NCBI GenBank assembly: GCA_964016885.1
Contig: OZ024741.1
Span: 392,212,001 to 392,276,000, forward strand
Length of the DNA: 64,000 nucleotides
Origin: Eledone cirrhosa
Lineage: Eukaryota
Direction of reading: 5' to 3'
Position 1 is the stretch's first letter; the number at the start of each line of letters is the position of its first letter. The notes under the pieces are model-generated. The model saw only the letters and a list, made by a program, of their open reading frames with translations, was not told the origin of the DNA and ran no database searches. The position numbers were made by a program, and so were the translations under genes. Below, one piece after another: positions 1 through 15,000 of the stretch.

Positions 1-3000
1 GGTGGGGGGTAACATGATAGAAAGGATGATAGCAGAAGGTTGTACTTAACACTGAATAGTGTGTTGAAGGTGATGGTGGGGGGTAACATGATAGAAAGGA
101 TGATAGCAGAAGGTTGTACTTAACACTGAATAGTGTGTTGAAGGTGATGGTAGGGGGTAACATGATAGAAAGGATGATAGCAGAAGGTGTACTTAACACT
201 GAATAGTGTGTTGAAGGTGATGGTGGGGGGTAACATGATAGAAAGGATGATAGCAGAAGGTTGTACTTAACACTGAATAGTGTGTTGAAGGTGATGGTAG
301 GGGGTAACATGATAGAAAGGATGATAGCAGAAGGTGTACTTAACACTGAATAGTGTGTTGAAGGTGATGGTGGGGGGTAACATGATAGAAAGGATGATAG
401 CAGAAGGTTGTACTTAACACTGAATAGTGTGTTGAAGGTGATGGTGGGGGGTAACATGATAGAAAGGATGATAGCAGAAGGTTGTACTTAACACTGAATA
501 GTGTGTTGAAGGTGATAGTGGGAGGTAACATGATAGAAAGGATGATAGCAGAAGGTTGTACTTAACACTGAATAGTGTGTTGAAGGTGATGGTGGGGGGT
601 AACATGATAGAAAGGATGATAGCAGAAGGTTGTACTTAACACTGAATAGTGTGTTGAAGGTGATAGTGGGAGGTAACATGATAGAAAGGATGATAGCAGA
701 AGGTTGTACTTAACACTGAATAGTGTGTTGAAGGTGATGGTGGGGGGTAACATGATAGAAAGGATGATAGCAGAAGGTTGTACTTAACACTGAATAGTGT
801 GTTGAAGGTGATAGTGGGGGGTAACATGATAGAAAGGATGATAGCAGAAGGTTGTACTTAACACTGAATAGTGTGTTGAAGGTGATGGTGGGAGGTAACA
901 TGATAGAAAGGATGATAGCAGAAGGTTGTACTTAACACTGAATAGTGTGTTGAAGGTGATGGTGGGAGGTAACATGATAGAAAGGATGATAGCAGAAGGT
1001 TGTACTTAACACTGAATAGTGTGTTGAAGGTGATGGTGGGAGGTAACATGATAGAAAGGATGATAGCAGAAGGTTGTACTTAACACTGAATAGTGTGTTG
1101 AAGGTGATGGTGGGGGGTAACATGATAGAAAGGATGATAGCAGAAGGTTGTACTTAACACTGAATAGTGTGTTGAAGGTGATAGTGGGAGGTAACATGAT
1201 AGAAAGGATGATAGCAGAAGGTTGTACTTAACACTGAATAGTGTGTTGAAGGTGATGGTGGGGGGTAACATGATAGAAAGGATGATAGCAGAAGGTTGTA
1301 CTTAACACTGAATAGTGTGTTGAAGGTGATGGTGGGTGGTAACATGATAGAAAGGATGATAGCAGAAGGTGTACTTAACACTGAATAGTGTGTTGAAGGT
1401 GATGGTGGGGGGTAACATGATAGAAAGGATGATAGCAGAAGATTGTACTTAACACTGAATAGTGTGGTGATGGTGGGAGGTAACATGATAGAAAGGATGA
1501 TAGCAGAAGGTTGTACTTAACACTGAATAGTGTGTTGAAGGTGATGGTGGGAGGTAACATGATAGAAAGGTTGATAGCAGAAGGTTGTACTTAACACTGA
1601 ATAGTGTGTTGAAGGTGATGGTGGGGGGTAACATGATAGAAAGGATGATAGCAGAAGGTTGTACTTAACACTGAATAGTGTGTTGAGGGTGATGGTGGGA
1701 GGTAACATGATAGAAAGGATGATAGCAGAAGGTGTACTTAACACTGAATAGTGTGTTGAAGGTGATGGTGGGGGGTAACATGATAGAAAGGATGATAGCA
1801 GAAGGTTGTACTTAACACTGAATAGTGTGTTGAAGGTGATGGTGGGGGGCAACATGATAGAAAGGATGATAGCAGAAGGTTGTACTTAACACTGAATAGT
1901 GTGTTGAAGGTGATGGTAGGGGGTAACATGATAGAAAGGATGATAGCAGAAGGTGTACTTAACACTGAATAGTGTGTTGAAGGTGATGGTGGGGGGTAAC
2001 ATGATAGAAAGGATGATAGCAGAAGGTTGTACTTAACACTGAATAGTGTGTTGAAGGTGATGGTAGGGGGTAACATGATAGAAAGGATGATAGCAGAAGG
2101 TGTACTTAACACTGAATAGTGTGTTGAAGGTGATGGTGGGGGGTAACATGATAGAAAGGATGATAGCAGAAGGTTGTACTTAACACTGAATAGTGTGTTG
2201 AAGGTGATGGTGGGGGGTAACATGATAGAAAGGATGATAGCAGAAGGTTGTACTTAACACTGAATAGTGTGTTGAAGGTGATAGTGGGAGGTAACATGAT
2301 AGAAAGGATGATAGCAGAAGGTTGTACTTAACACTGAATAGTGTGTTGAAGGTGATGGTGGGGGGTAACATGATAGAAAGGATGATAGCAGAAGGTTGTA
2401 CTTAACACTGAATAGTGTGTTGAAGGTGATAGTGGGAGGTAACATGATAGAAAGGATGATAGCAGAAGGTTGTACTTAACACTGAATAGTGTGTTGAAGG
2501 TGATGGTGGGGGGTAACATGATAGAAAGGATGATAGCAGAAGGTTATACTTAACACTGAATAGTGTGTTGAAGGTGATGGTGGGGGGTAACATGATAGAA
2601 AGGATGATAGCAGAAGGTTGTACTTAACACTGAATAGTGTGTTGAAGGTGATGGTGGGAGGTAACATGATAGAAAGGATGATAGCAGAAGGTTGTACTTA
2701 ACACTGAATAATGTGTTGAAGGTGATGGTGGGAGGTAACATGATAGAAAGGATGATAGCAGAAGGTTGTACTTAACACTGAATAGTGTGTTGAAGGTGAT
2801 GGTGGGGGGTAACATGATAGAAAGGATGATAGCAGAAGGTTGTACTTAACACTGAATAGTGTGTTGAAGGTGATAGTGGGAGGTAACATGATAGAAAGGA
2901 TGATAGCAGAAGGTTGTACTTAACACTGAATAGTGTGTTGAAGGTGATGGTGGGAGGTAACATGATAGAAAGGTTGATAGCAGAAGGTTGTACTTAACAC

Positions 3001-6000
3001 TGAATAGTGTGTTGAAGGTGATGGTGGGGGGTAACATGATAGAAAGGATGATAGCAGAAGGTTGTACTTAACACTGAATAGTGTGTTGAAGGTGATGGTG
3101 GGAGGTAACATGATAGAAAGGTTGATAGCAGAAGGTTGTACTTAACACTGAATAGTGTGTTGAAGGTGATGGTGGGGGGTAACCTGATAGAAAGGATGAT
3201 AGCAGAAGGTTGTACTTAACACTGAATAGTGTGTTGAAGGTGATGGTGGGGGGTAACATGATAGAAAGGATGATAGCAGAAGGTTGTACTTAACACTGAA
3301 TAGTGTGTTGAAGGTGATGGTGGGGGGTAACATGATAGAAAGGATGATAGCAGAAGGTTGTACTTAACACTGAATAGTGTGTTGAAGGTGATGGTGGGAG
3401 GTAACATGATAGAAAGGATGATAGCAGAAGGTTGTACTTAACACTGAATAGTGTGTTGAAGGTGATGGGGGGGGGGGGGGGTAACATGATAGAAAGGATG
3501 ATAGCAGAAGGTTGTACTTAACACTGAATAGTGTGTTGAAGGTGATGGTGGGAGGTAACATGATAGAAAGGATGATAGCAGAAGGTTGTACTTAACACTG
3601 AATAGTGTGTTGAAGCTGATGGTGGGAGGTAACATGATAGAAAGGATGATAGCAGAAGGTTGTACTTAACACTGAATAGTGTGTTGAAGGTGATGGTGGG
3701 GGGTAACATGATAGAAAGGATGATAGCAGAAGGTTGTACTTAACACTGAATAGTGTGTTGAAGGTGATGGTGGGGGGTAACATGATAGAAAGGATGATAG
3801 TAGAAGGTGTACTTAACACTGAATAGTGTGTTGAAGGTGATGGTGGGGGGTAACATGATAGAAAGGATGATAGTAGAAGGTGTACTTAACACTGAATAGT
3901 GTGTTGAAGGTGATGGTGGGGGGTAACATGATCAAAGGATGATATCAGAAGGTTGTACTTAACACTGAATAGTGTGTTGAAGGTGATGGTGGGAGGTAAC
4001 ATGATAGAAAGGATGATAGCAGAAGGTGTACTTAACACTGAATAGTGTGTTGAAGGTGATGGTGGGGGGTAACATGATAGAAAGGATGATAGCAGAAGGT
4101 TGTACTTAACACTGAATAGTGTGTTGAAGGTGATGGTGGGGGGTAACATGATAGAAAGGATGATAGCAGAAGGTTGTACTTAACACTGAATAGTGTGTTG
4201 AAGGTGATTGTGGGAGGTAACATGATAGAAAGGATGATAGCAGAAGGTTGTACTTAACACTGAATAGTGTGTTGAAGGTGATGGTGGGGGGTAACATGAT
4301 AGAAAGGATGATAGCAGAAGGTTGTACTTAACACTGAATAGTGTGTTGAAGGTGATGGTGGGAGGTAACATGATAGAAAGGATGATAGCAGAAGGTTGTA
4401 CTTAACACTGAATAGTGTGTTGAAGGTGATGGTGGGAGGTAACATGACAGAAAGGATGATAGCAGAAGGTTGTACTTAACACTGAATAGTGTGTTGAAGG
4501 TGATGGTGGGGGGTAACCTGATAGAAAGGATGATAGCAGAAGGTTGTACTTAACACTGAATAGTGTGTTGAAGGTGATGGTGGGGGGTAACATGATAGAA
4601 AGGATGATAGCAGAAGGTTGTACTTAACACTGAATAGTGTGTTGAAGGTGATGGTGGGAGGTAACATGACAGAAAGGATGATAGCAGAAGGTTGTACTTA
4701 ACACTGAATAGTGTGTTGAAGGTGATTGTGGGAGGTAACATGATAGAAAGGATGATAGCAGAAGGTTGTACTTAACACTGAATAGTGTGTTGAAGGTGAT
4801 GGTGGGAGGTAACATGATAGAAAGGATGATAGCAGAATGTTGTACTTAACACTGAATAGTGTGTTGAAGGTGATGGTGGGAGGTAACATGATAGAAAGGA
4901 TGATAGCAGAAGGTTGTACTTAACACTGAATAGTGTGTTGAAGGTGATAGTGGGAGGTAACATGATAGAAAGGATGATAGCAGAAGGTTGTACTTAACAC
5001 TGAATAGTGTGTTGAAGGTGATGGTGGGAGGTAACATGACAGAAAGAATGATAGCAGAAGGTTGTACTTAACACTGAATAGTGTGTTGAAGGTGATGGTG
5101 GGAGGTAACATGATAGAAAGGATGATAGCAGAAAGTTGTACTTAACACTGAATAGTGTGTTGAAGGTGATGGTGGGAGGTAACATGACAGAAAGGATGAT
5201 AGCAGAAGGTTGTACTTAACACTGAATAGTGTGTTGAAGGTGATGGTGGGAGGTAACATGATAGAAAGGATGATAGCAGAAGGTTGTACTTAACACTGAA
5301 TAGTGTGTTGAAGGTGATGGTGGGAGGTAACATGACAGAAAGGATGATAGCAGAAGGTTGTACTTAACACTGAATAGTGTGTTGAAGGTGATGGTGGGGG
5401 GTAACATGATAGAAAGGATGATAGCAGAAGGTTGTACTTAACACTGAATAGTGTGTTGAAGGTGATGGTGGGAGGTAACATGATAGAAAGGGTGATAGCA
5501 GAAGGTTGTACTTAACACTGAATAGTGTGTTGAAGGTGATGGTGGGAGGTAACATGATAGAAAGGATGATAGCAGAAGGTTGTACTTAACACTGAATAGT
5601 GTGTTGAAGGTGATAGTGGGAGGTAACATGATAGAAAGGATGATAGCAGAAGGTTGTACTTAACACTGAATAGTGTGTTGAAGGTGATGGTGGGAGGTAA
5701 CATGACAGAAAGGATGATAGCAGAAGGTTGTACTTAACACTGAATAGTGTGTTGAAGGTGATAGTGGGAGGTAACATGATAGAAAGGATGATAGCAGAAG
5801 GTTGTACTTAACACTGAATAGTGTGTTGAAGGTGATAGTGGGAGGTAACATGATAGAAAGGATGATAGCAGAAGGTTGTACTTAACACTGAATAGTGTGT
5901 TGAAGGTGATGGTGGGAGGTAACATGACAGAAAGGATGATAGCAGAAGGTTGTACTTAACACTGAATAGTGTGTTGAAGGTGATGGTGGGAGGTAACATG

Positions 6001-9000
6001 ATAGAAAGGATGATAGCAGAAGGTTGTACTTAACACTGAATAGTGTGTTGAAGGTGATGGTGGGAGGTAACATGATAGAAAGGATGATAGCAGAAGGTTG
6101 TACTTAACACTGAATAGTGTGTTGAAGGTGATGGTGGGGGGTAACATGATAGAAAGGATGATAGCAGAAGTGTACTTAACACTGAATAGTGTGTTGAAGG
6201 TGATGGTGGGGGGTAACATGATAGAAAGGATGATAGCAGAAGGTTGTACTTAACACTGAATAGTGTGTTGAAGGTGATGGTGGGAGGTAACATGATAGAA
6301 AGGATGATAGCAGAAGGTTGTACTTAACACTGAATAGTGTGTTGAAGGTGATGGTGGGGGGTAACATGATAGAAAGGATGATAGCAGAAGGTGTACTTAA
6401 CACTGAATAGTGTGTTGAAGGTGATGGTGGGGGGTAACATGATAGAAAGGATGATAGCAGAAGGTTGTACTTAACACTGAATAGTGTGTTGAAGGTGATG
6501 GTGGGGGGTAACATGATAGAAAGGATGATAGCAGAAGGTTGTACTTAACACTGAATAGTGTGTTGAAAGTGATGGTAGGGGGTAACATGATAGAAAGGAT
6601 GATAGCAGAAGGTGTACTTAACACTGAATAGTGTGTTGAAGGTGATGGTGGGGGGTAACATGATAGAAAGGATGATAGCAGAAGGTTGTACTTAACACTG
6701 AATAGTGTGTTGAAGGTGATGGTAGGGGGTAACATGATAGAAAGGATGATAGCAGAAGGTGTACTTAACACTGAATAGTGTGTTGAAGGTGATGGTGGGG
6801 GGTAACATGATAGAAAGGATGATAGCAGAAGGTTGTACTTAACACTGAATAGTGTGTTGAAGGTGATGGTGGGGGGTAACATGATAGAAAGGATGATAGC
6901 AGAAGGTTGTACTTAACACTGAATAGTGTGTTGAAGGTGATAGTGGGAGGTAACATGATAGAAAGGATGATAGCAGAAGGTTGTACTTAACACTGAATAG
7001 TGTGTTGAAGGTGATGGTGGGGGGTAACATGATAGAAAGGATGATAGCAGAAGGTTGTACTTAACACTGAATAGTGTGTTGAAGGTGATAGTGGGAGGTA
7101 ACATGATAGAAAGGATGATAGCAGAAGGTTGTACTTAACACTGAATAGTGTGTTGAAGGTGATGGTGGGGGGTAACATGATAGAAAGGATGATAGCAGAA
7201 GGTTGTACTTAACACTGAATAGTGTGTTGAAGGTGATAGTGGGGGGTAACATGATAGAAAGGATGATAGCAGAAGGTTGTACTTAACACTGAATAGTGTG
7301 TTGAAGGTGATGGTGGGAGGTAACATGATAGAAAGGATGATAGCAGAAGGTTGTACTTAACACTGAATAGTGTGTTGAAGGTGATGGTGGGAGGTAACAT
7401 GATAGAAAGGATGATAGCAGAAGGTTGTACTTAACACTGAATAGTGTGTTGAAGGTGATGGTGGGAGGTAACATGATAGAAAGGATGATAGCAGAAGGTT
7501 GTACTTAACACTGAATAGTGTGTTGAAGGTGATGGTGGGGGGTAACATGATAGAAAGGATGATAGCAGAAGGTTGTACTTAACACTGAATAGTGTGTTGA
7601 AGGTGATAGTGGGAGGTAACATGATAGAAAGGATGATAGCAGAAGGTTGTACTTAACACTGAATAGTGTGTTGAAGGTGATGGTGGGGGGTAACATGATA
7701 GAAAGGATGATAGCAGAAGGTTGTACTTAACACTGAATAGTGTGTTGAAGGTGATGGTGGGTGGTAACATGATAGAAAGGATGATAGCAGAAGGTGTACT
7801 TAACACTGAATAGTGTGTTGAAGGTGATGGTGGGGGGTAACATGATAGAAAGGATGATAGCAGAAGATTGTACTTAACACTGAATAGTGTGGTGATGGTG
7901 GGAGGTAACATGATAGAAAGGATGATAGCAGAAGGTTGTACTTAACACTGAATAGTGTGTTGAAGGTGATGGTGGGAGGTAACATGATAGAAAGGTTGAT
8001 AGCAGAAGGTTGTACTTAACACTGAATAGTGTGTTGAAGGTGATGGTGGGGGGTAACATGATAGAAAGGATGATAGCAGAAGGTTGTACTTAACACTGAA
8101 TAGTGTGTTGAGGGTGATGGTGGGAGGTAACATGATAGAAAGGATGATAGCAGAAGGTGTACTTAACACTGAATAGTGTGTTGAAGGTGATGGTGGGGGG
8201 TAACATGATAGAAAGGATGATAGCAGAAGGTTGTACTTAACACTGAATAGTGTGTTGAAGGTGATGGTGGGGGGCAACATGATAGAAAGGATGATAGCAG
8301 AAGGTTGTACTTAACACTGAATAGTGTGTTGAAGGTGATGGTAGGGGGTAACATGATAGAAAGGATGATAGCAGAAGGTGTACTTAACACTGAATAGTGT
8401 GTTGAAGGTGATGGTGGGGGGTAACATGATAGAAAGGATGATAGCAGAAGGTTGTACTTAACACTGAATAGTGTGTTGAAGGTGATGGTAGGGGGTAACA
8501 TGATAGAAAGGATGATAGCAGAAGGTTGTACTTAACACTGAATAGTGTGTTGAAGGTGATGGTGGGGGGTAACATGATAGAAAGGATGATAGCAGAAGGT
8601 TGTACTTAACACTGAATAGTGTGTTGAAGGTGATGGTGGGGGGTAACATGATAGAAAGGATGATAGCAGAAGGTTGTACTTAACACTGAATAGTGTGTTG
8701 AAGGTGATAGTGGGAGGTAACATGATAGAAAGGATGATAGCAGAAGGTTGTACTTAACACTGAATAGTGTGTTGAAGGTGATGGTGGGGGGTAACATGAT
8801 AGAAAGGATGATAGCAGAAGGTTGTACTTAACACTGAATAGTGTGTTGAAGGTGATAGTGGGAGGTAACATGATAGAAAGGATGATAGCAGAAGGTTGTA
8901 CTTAACACTGAATAGTGTGTTGAAGGTGATGGTGGGGGGTAACATGATAGAAAGGATGATAGCAGAAGGTTATACTTAACACTGAATAGTGTGTTGAAGG

Positions 9001-12000
9001 TGATGGTGGGGGGTAACATGATAGAAAGGATGATAGCAGAAGGTTGTACTTAACACTGAATAGTGTGTTGAAGGTGATGGTGGGAGGTAACATGATAGAA
9101 AGGATGATAGCAGAAGGTTGTACTTAACACTGAATAATGTGTTGAAGGTGATGGTGGGAGGTAACATGATAGAAAGGATGATAGCAGAAGGTTGTACTTA
9201 ACACTGAATAGTGTGTTGAAGGTGATGGTGGGGGGTAACATGATAGAAAGGATGATAGCAGAAGGTTGTACTTAACACTGAATAGTGTGTTGAAGGTGAT
9301 AGTGGGAGGTAACATGATAGAAAGGATGATAGCAGAAGGTTGTACTTAACACTGAATAGTGTGTTGAAGGTGATGGTGGGAGGTAACATGATAGAAAGGT
9401 TGATAGCAGAAGGTTGTACTTAACACTGAATAGTGTGTTGAAGGTGATGGTGGGGGGTAACATGATAGAAAGGATGATAGCAGAAGGTTGTACTTAACAC
9501 TGAATAGTGTGTTGAAGGTGATGGTGGGAGGTAACATGATAGAAAGGATGATAGCAGAAGGTTGTACTTAACACTGAATAGTGTGTTGAAGGTGATGGTG
9601 GGGGGTAACATGATAGAAAGGATGATAGCAGAAGGTTGTACTTAACACTGAATAGTGTGTTGAAGGTGATGGTGGGGGGTAACATGATAGAAAGGATGAT
9701 AGCAGAAGGTTGTACTTAACACTGAATAGTGTGTTGAAGGTGATGGTGGGGGGTAACATGATAGAAAGGATGATAGCAGAAGGTTGTACTTAACACTGAA
9801 TAGTGTGTTGAAGGTGATGGTGGGAGGTAACATGATAGAAAGGATGATAGCAGAAGGTTGTACTTAACACTGAATAGTGTGTTGAAGGTGATGGGGGGGG
9901 GGGGGTAACATGATAGAAAGGATGATAGCAGAAGGTTGTACTTAACACTGAATAGTGTGTTGAAGGTGATGGTGGGAGGTAACATGATAGAAAGGATGAT
10001 AGCAGAAGGTTGTACTTAACACTGAATAGTGTGTTGAAGCTGATGGTGGGAGGTAACATGATAGAAAGGATGATAGCAGAAGGTTGTACTTAACACTGAA
10101 TAGTGTGTTGAAGGTGATGGTGGGGGGTAACATGATAGAAAGGATGATAGCAGAAGGTTGTACTTAACACTGAATAGTGTGTTGAAGGTGATGGTGGGGG
10201 GTAACATGATATAGAAAGGATGATAGCAGAAGGTGTACTTAACACTGAATAGTGTGTTGAAGGTGATGGTGGGGGGTAACATGATAGAAAGGATGATAGT
10301 AGAAGGTGTACTTAACACTGAATAGTGTGTTGAAGGTGATGGTGGGAGGTAACATGATAGAAAGGATGATAGCAGAAGGTGTACTTAACACTGAATAGTG
10401 TGTGTGTTGAAGGTGATGGTGGGAGGTAACATGATAGAAAGGATGATAGCAGAAGGTTGTACTTAACACTGAATAGTGTGTTGAAGGTGATGGTGGGAGG
10501 TAACATGATAGAAAGGATGATAGCAGAAGGTTGTACTTAACACTGAATAGTGTGTTGAAGGTGATGGTGGGAGGTAACATGATAGAAAGGATGATAGCAG
10601 AAGGTTGTACTTAACACTGAATAGTGTGTTGAAGGTGATGGTGGGAGGTAACATGACAGAAAGGATGATAGCAGAAGGTTGTACTTAACACTGAATAGTG
10701 TGTTGAAGGTGATGGTGGGAGGTAACATGATAGAAAGGATGATAGCAGAAGGTTGTACTTAACACTGAATAGTGTGTTGAAGGTGATGGTGGGAGGTAAC
10801 ATGATAGAAAGGATGATAGCAGAAGGTTGTACTTAACACTGAATAGTGTTTTGAAGGTGATGGTGGGAGATAACATGACAGAAAGGATGATAGCAGAAGG
10901 TTGTACTTAACACTGAATAGTGTGTTGAAGGTGATGGTGGGAGGTAACATGATAGAAAGGATGATAGCAGAAGGTTGTACTTAACACTGAATAGTGTGTT
11001 GAAGGTGATGGTGGGGGGTAACATGATAGAAAGGATGATAGCAGAAGGTTGTACTTAACACTGAATAGTGTGTTGAAGGTGATGGTGGGAGGTAACATGA
11101 TAGAAAGGATGATAGCAGAAGGTTGTACTTAACACTGAATAGTGTGTTGAAGGTGATGGTGGGAGGTAACATGATAGAAAGGATGATAGCAGAAGGTTGT
11201 ACTTAACACTGAATAGTGTGTTGAAGGTGATGGTGGGGGGTAACATGATAGAAAGGATGATAGCAGAAGGTGTACTTAACACTGAATAGTGTGTTGAAGG
11301 TGATGGTGGGGGGTAACATGATAGAAAGGATGATAGCAGAAGGTGTACTTAACACTGAATAGTGTGTTGAAGGTGATGGTGGGGGGTAACATGATAGAAA
11401 GGGTGATAGCAGAAGGTTGTACTTAACACTGAATAGTGTGTTGAAGGTGATGGTGGGGGGTAACATGATAGAAAGGATGATAGTAGAAGGTGTACTTAAC
11501 ACTGAATAGTGTGTTGAAGGTGATGGTCGGGGGTAACATGATAGAAAGGGTGATAGCAGAAGGTTGTACTTAACACTGACTAGTGTGTTGAAGGTGATGG
11601 TGGGAGGTAACATGATAGAAAGGATGATAGCAGAAGGTTGTACTTAACACTGAATAGTGTGTTGAAGGTGATGGTGGGAGGTAACATGATAGAAAGGATG
11701 ATAGCAGAAGGTTGTACTTAACACTGGATAGTGTGTTGAAGGTGATGGTGGGAGGTAACATGATAGAAAGGATGATAGCAGAAGGTTGTACTTAACACTG
11801 AATAGTGTGTTGAAGGTGATGGTGGGAGGTAACATGGCAGAAAGGATGATAGCAGAAGGTTGTACTTAACACTGAATAGTGTGTTGAAGGTGATGGTGGG
11901 AGGTAACATGATAGAAAGGATGATAGCAGAAGGTTGTACTTAACACTGAATAGTGTGTTGAAGGTGATGGTGGGAGGTAACATGATAGAAAGGATGATAG

Positions 12001-15000
12001 CAGAAGGTTGTACTTAACACTGAATAGTGTGTTGAAGGTGATGGTGGGAGGTAACATGATAGAAAGGATGATAGCAGAAGGTTGTACTTAACACTGAATA
12101 GTGTGTTGAAGGTGATAGTGGGAGGTAACATGATAGAAAGGATGATAGCAGAAGGTTGTACTTAACACTGAATAGTGTGTTGAAGGTGATGGTGGGAGGT
12201 AACATGACAGAAAGGATGATAGCAGAAGGTTGTACTTAACACTGAATAGTGTGTTGAAGGTGATGGTGGGAGGTAACATGATAGAAAGGATGATAGCAGA
12301 AGGTTGTACTTAACACTGAATAGTGTGTTGAAGGTGATGGTGGGGGGTAACATGATAGAAAGGATGATAGCAGAAGGTTGTACTTAACACTGAATAGTGT
12401 GTTGAAGGTGATGGTGGGAGGTAACATGATAGAAAGGATGATAGCAGAAGGTTGTACTTAACACTGAATAGTGTGTTGAAGGTGATGGTGGGAGGTAACA
12501 TGATAGAAAGGATGATAGCAGAAGGTTGTACTTAACACTGAATAGTGTGTTGAAGGTGATGGTGGGGGGTAACATGATAGAAAGGATGATAGCAGAAGGT
12601 GTACTTAACACTGAATAGTGTGTTGAAGGTGATGGTGGGGGGTAACATGATAGAAAGGATGATAGCAGAAGGTCTACTTAACACTGAATAGTGTGTTGAA
12701 GGTGATGGTGGGGGGTACCATGATAGAAAGGATGATAGCAGAAGGTTGTACTTAACACTGAATAGTGTGTTGAAGGTGATGGTAGGGGGTAACATGATAG
12801 AAAGGATGATAGCAGAAGGTGTACTTAACACTGAATAGTGTGTTGAAGGTGATGGTGGGGGGTAACATGATAGAAAGGATGATAGCAGAAGGTTGTACTT
12901 AACACTGAATAGTGTGTTAAAGGTGATGGTGGGAGGTAACATGATAGAAAGGATGATAGCAGAAGGTTGTACTTAACACTGAATAGTGTGTTGAAGGTGA
13001 TGGTGGGAGGTAACATGATAGAAAGGATGATAGCAGAAGGTTGTACTTAACACTGAATAGTGTGTTGAAGGTGATGGTGGGGGGGGGGGGGTAACATGAT
13101 AGAAAGGATGATAGCAGAAGGTTGTACTTAACACTGAATAGTGTGTTGAAGGTGATGGTGGGAGGTAACATGATAGAAAGGATGATAGCAGAAGGTGTAC
13201 TTAACACTGAATAGTGTGTTGAAGGTGATGGTGGGGGGTAACATGATAGAAAGGATGATAGCAGAAGATTGTACTTAACACTGAATAGTGTGGTGATGGT
13301 GGGAGGTAACATGATAGAAAGGATGATAGCAGAAGGTTGTACTTAACACTGAATAGTGTGTTGAAGGTGATGGTGGGAGGTAACATGATAGAAAGGTTGA
13401 TAGCAGAAGGTTGTACTTAACACTGAATAGTGTGTTGAAGGTGATGGTGGGGGGTAACATGATAGAAAGGTTGATAGCAGAAGGTTGTACTTAACACTGA
13501 ATAGTGTGTTGAAGGTGATGGTGGGGGGTAACATGATAGAAAGGATGATAGCAGAAGGTTGTACTTAACACTGAATAGTGTGTTGAAGGTGATGGTGGGG
13601 GGTAACATGATAGAAAGGATGATAGCAGAATGTTGTACTTAACACTGAATAGTGTGTTGAAGGTGATGGTGGGAGGTAACATGATAGAAAGGATGATAGC
13701 AGAAGGTTGTACTTAACACTGAATAGTGTGTTGAAGGTGATGGTGGGGGGTAACATGATAGAAAGGATGATAGCAGAAGGTTGTACTTAACACTGAATAG
13801 TGTGTTGAAGGTGATGGTGGGAGGTAACATGATAGAAAGGTTGATAGCAGAAGGTTGTACTTAACACTGAATAGTGTGTTGAAGGTGATGGTGGGGGGTA
13901 ACATGATAGAAAGGATGATAGCAGAAGGTTGTACTTAATACTGAATAGTGTGTTGAAGGTGATGGTGGGAGGTAACATGATAGAAAGGATGATAGCAGAA
14001 GGTTGTACTTAACACTGAATAGTGTGCTGAAGGTGATAGTGGGAGGTAACATGATAGAAAGGATGATAGCAGAAGGTTGTACTTAACACTGAATAGTGTG
14101 TTGAAGGTGATGGTGGGGGGTAACATGATAGAAAGGATGATAGCAGAAGGTTGTACTTAACACTGAATAGTGTGTTGAAGGTGATGGTGGGAGGTAACAT
14201 GACAGAAAGGATGATAGCAGAAGGTTGTACTTAACACTGAATAGTGTGTTGAAGGTGATGGTGGGAGGTAACATGATAGAAAGGATGATAGCAGAAGGTT
14301 GTACTTAACACTGAATAGTGTGTTGAAGGTGATGGTGGGGGGTAACATGATAGAAAGGATGATAGCAGAAGGTTGTACTTAACACTGAATAGTGTGTTGA
14401 AGGTGATGGTGGGGGGTAACATGATAGAAAGGATGATAGCAGAAGGTTGTACTTAACACTGAATAGTGTGCTGAAGGTGATAGTGGGAGGTAACATGATA
14501 GAAAGGATGATAGCAGAAGGTTGTACTTAACACTGAATAGTGTGTTGAAGGTGATGGTGGGGGGTAACATGATAGAAAGGATGATAGCAGAAGGTGTACT
14601 TAACACTGAATAGTGTGTTGAAGGTGATGGTGGGGGGTAACATGATAGAAAGGATGATAGCAGAAGGTTGTACTTAACACTGAATAGTGTGTTGAAGGTG
14701 GTAGTGGGAGGTAACATGATAGAAAGGATGATAGCAGAAGGTTGTACTTAACACTGAATAGTGTGTTGAAGGTGATGGTGGGGGGTAACATGATAGAAAG
14801 GATGATAGCAGAAGGTTGTACTTAACACTGAATAGTGTGTTGAAGGTGATGGTAGGGGGTAACATGATAGAAAGGATGATAGCAGAAGGTGTACTTAACA
14901 CTGAATAGTGTGTTGAAGGTGATGGTGGGGGGTAACATGATAGAAAGGATGATAGCAGAAGGTTGTACTTAACACTGAATAGTGTGTTAAAGGTGATGGT

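Noticed and set aside
42-115. Satellite monomer as a hammerhead ribozyme (CTGAATA...GAAA), as in newt or schistosome satellites
   Set aside because: G8 is replaced by U and no consistent stems I and III can be formed.
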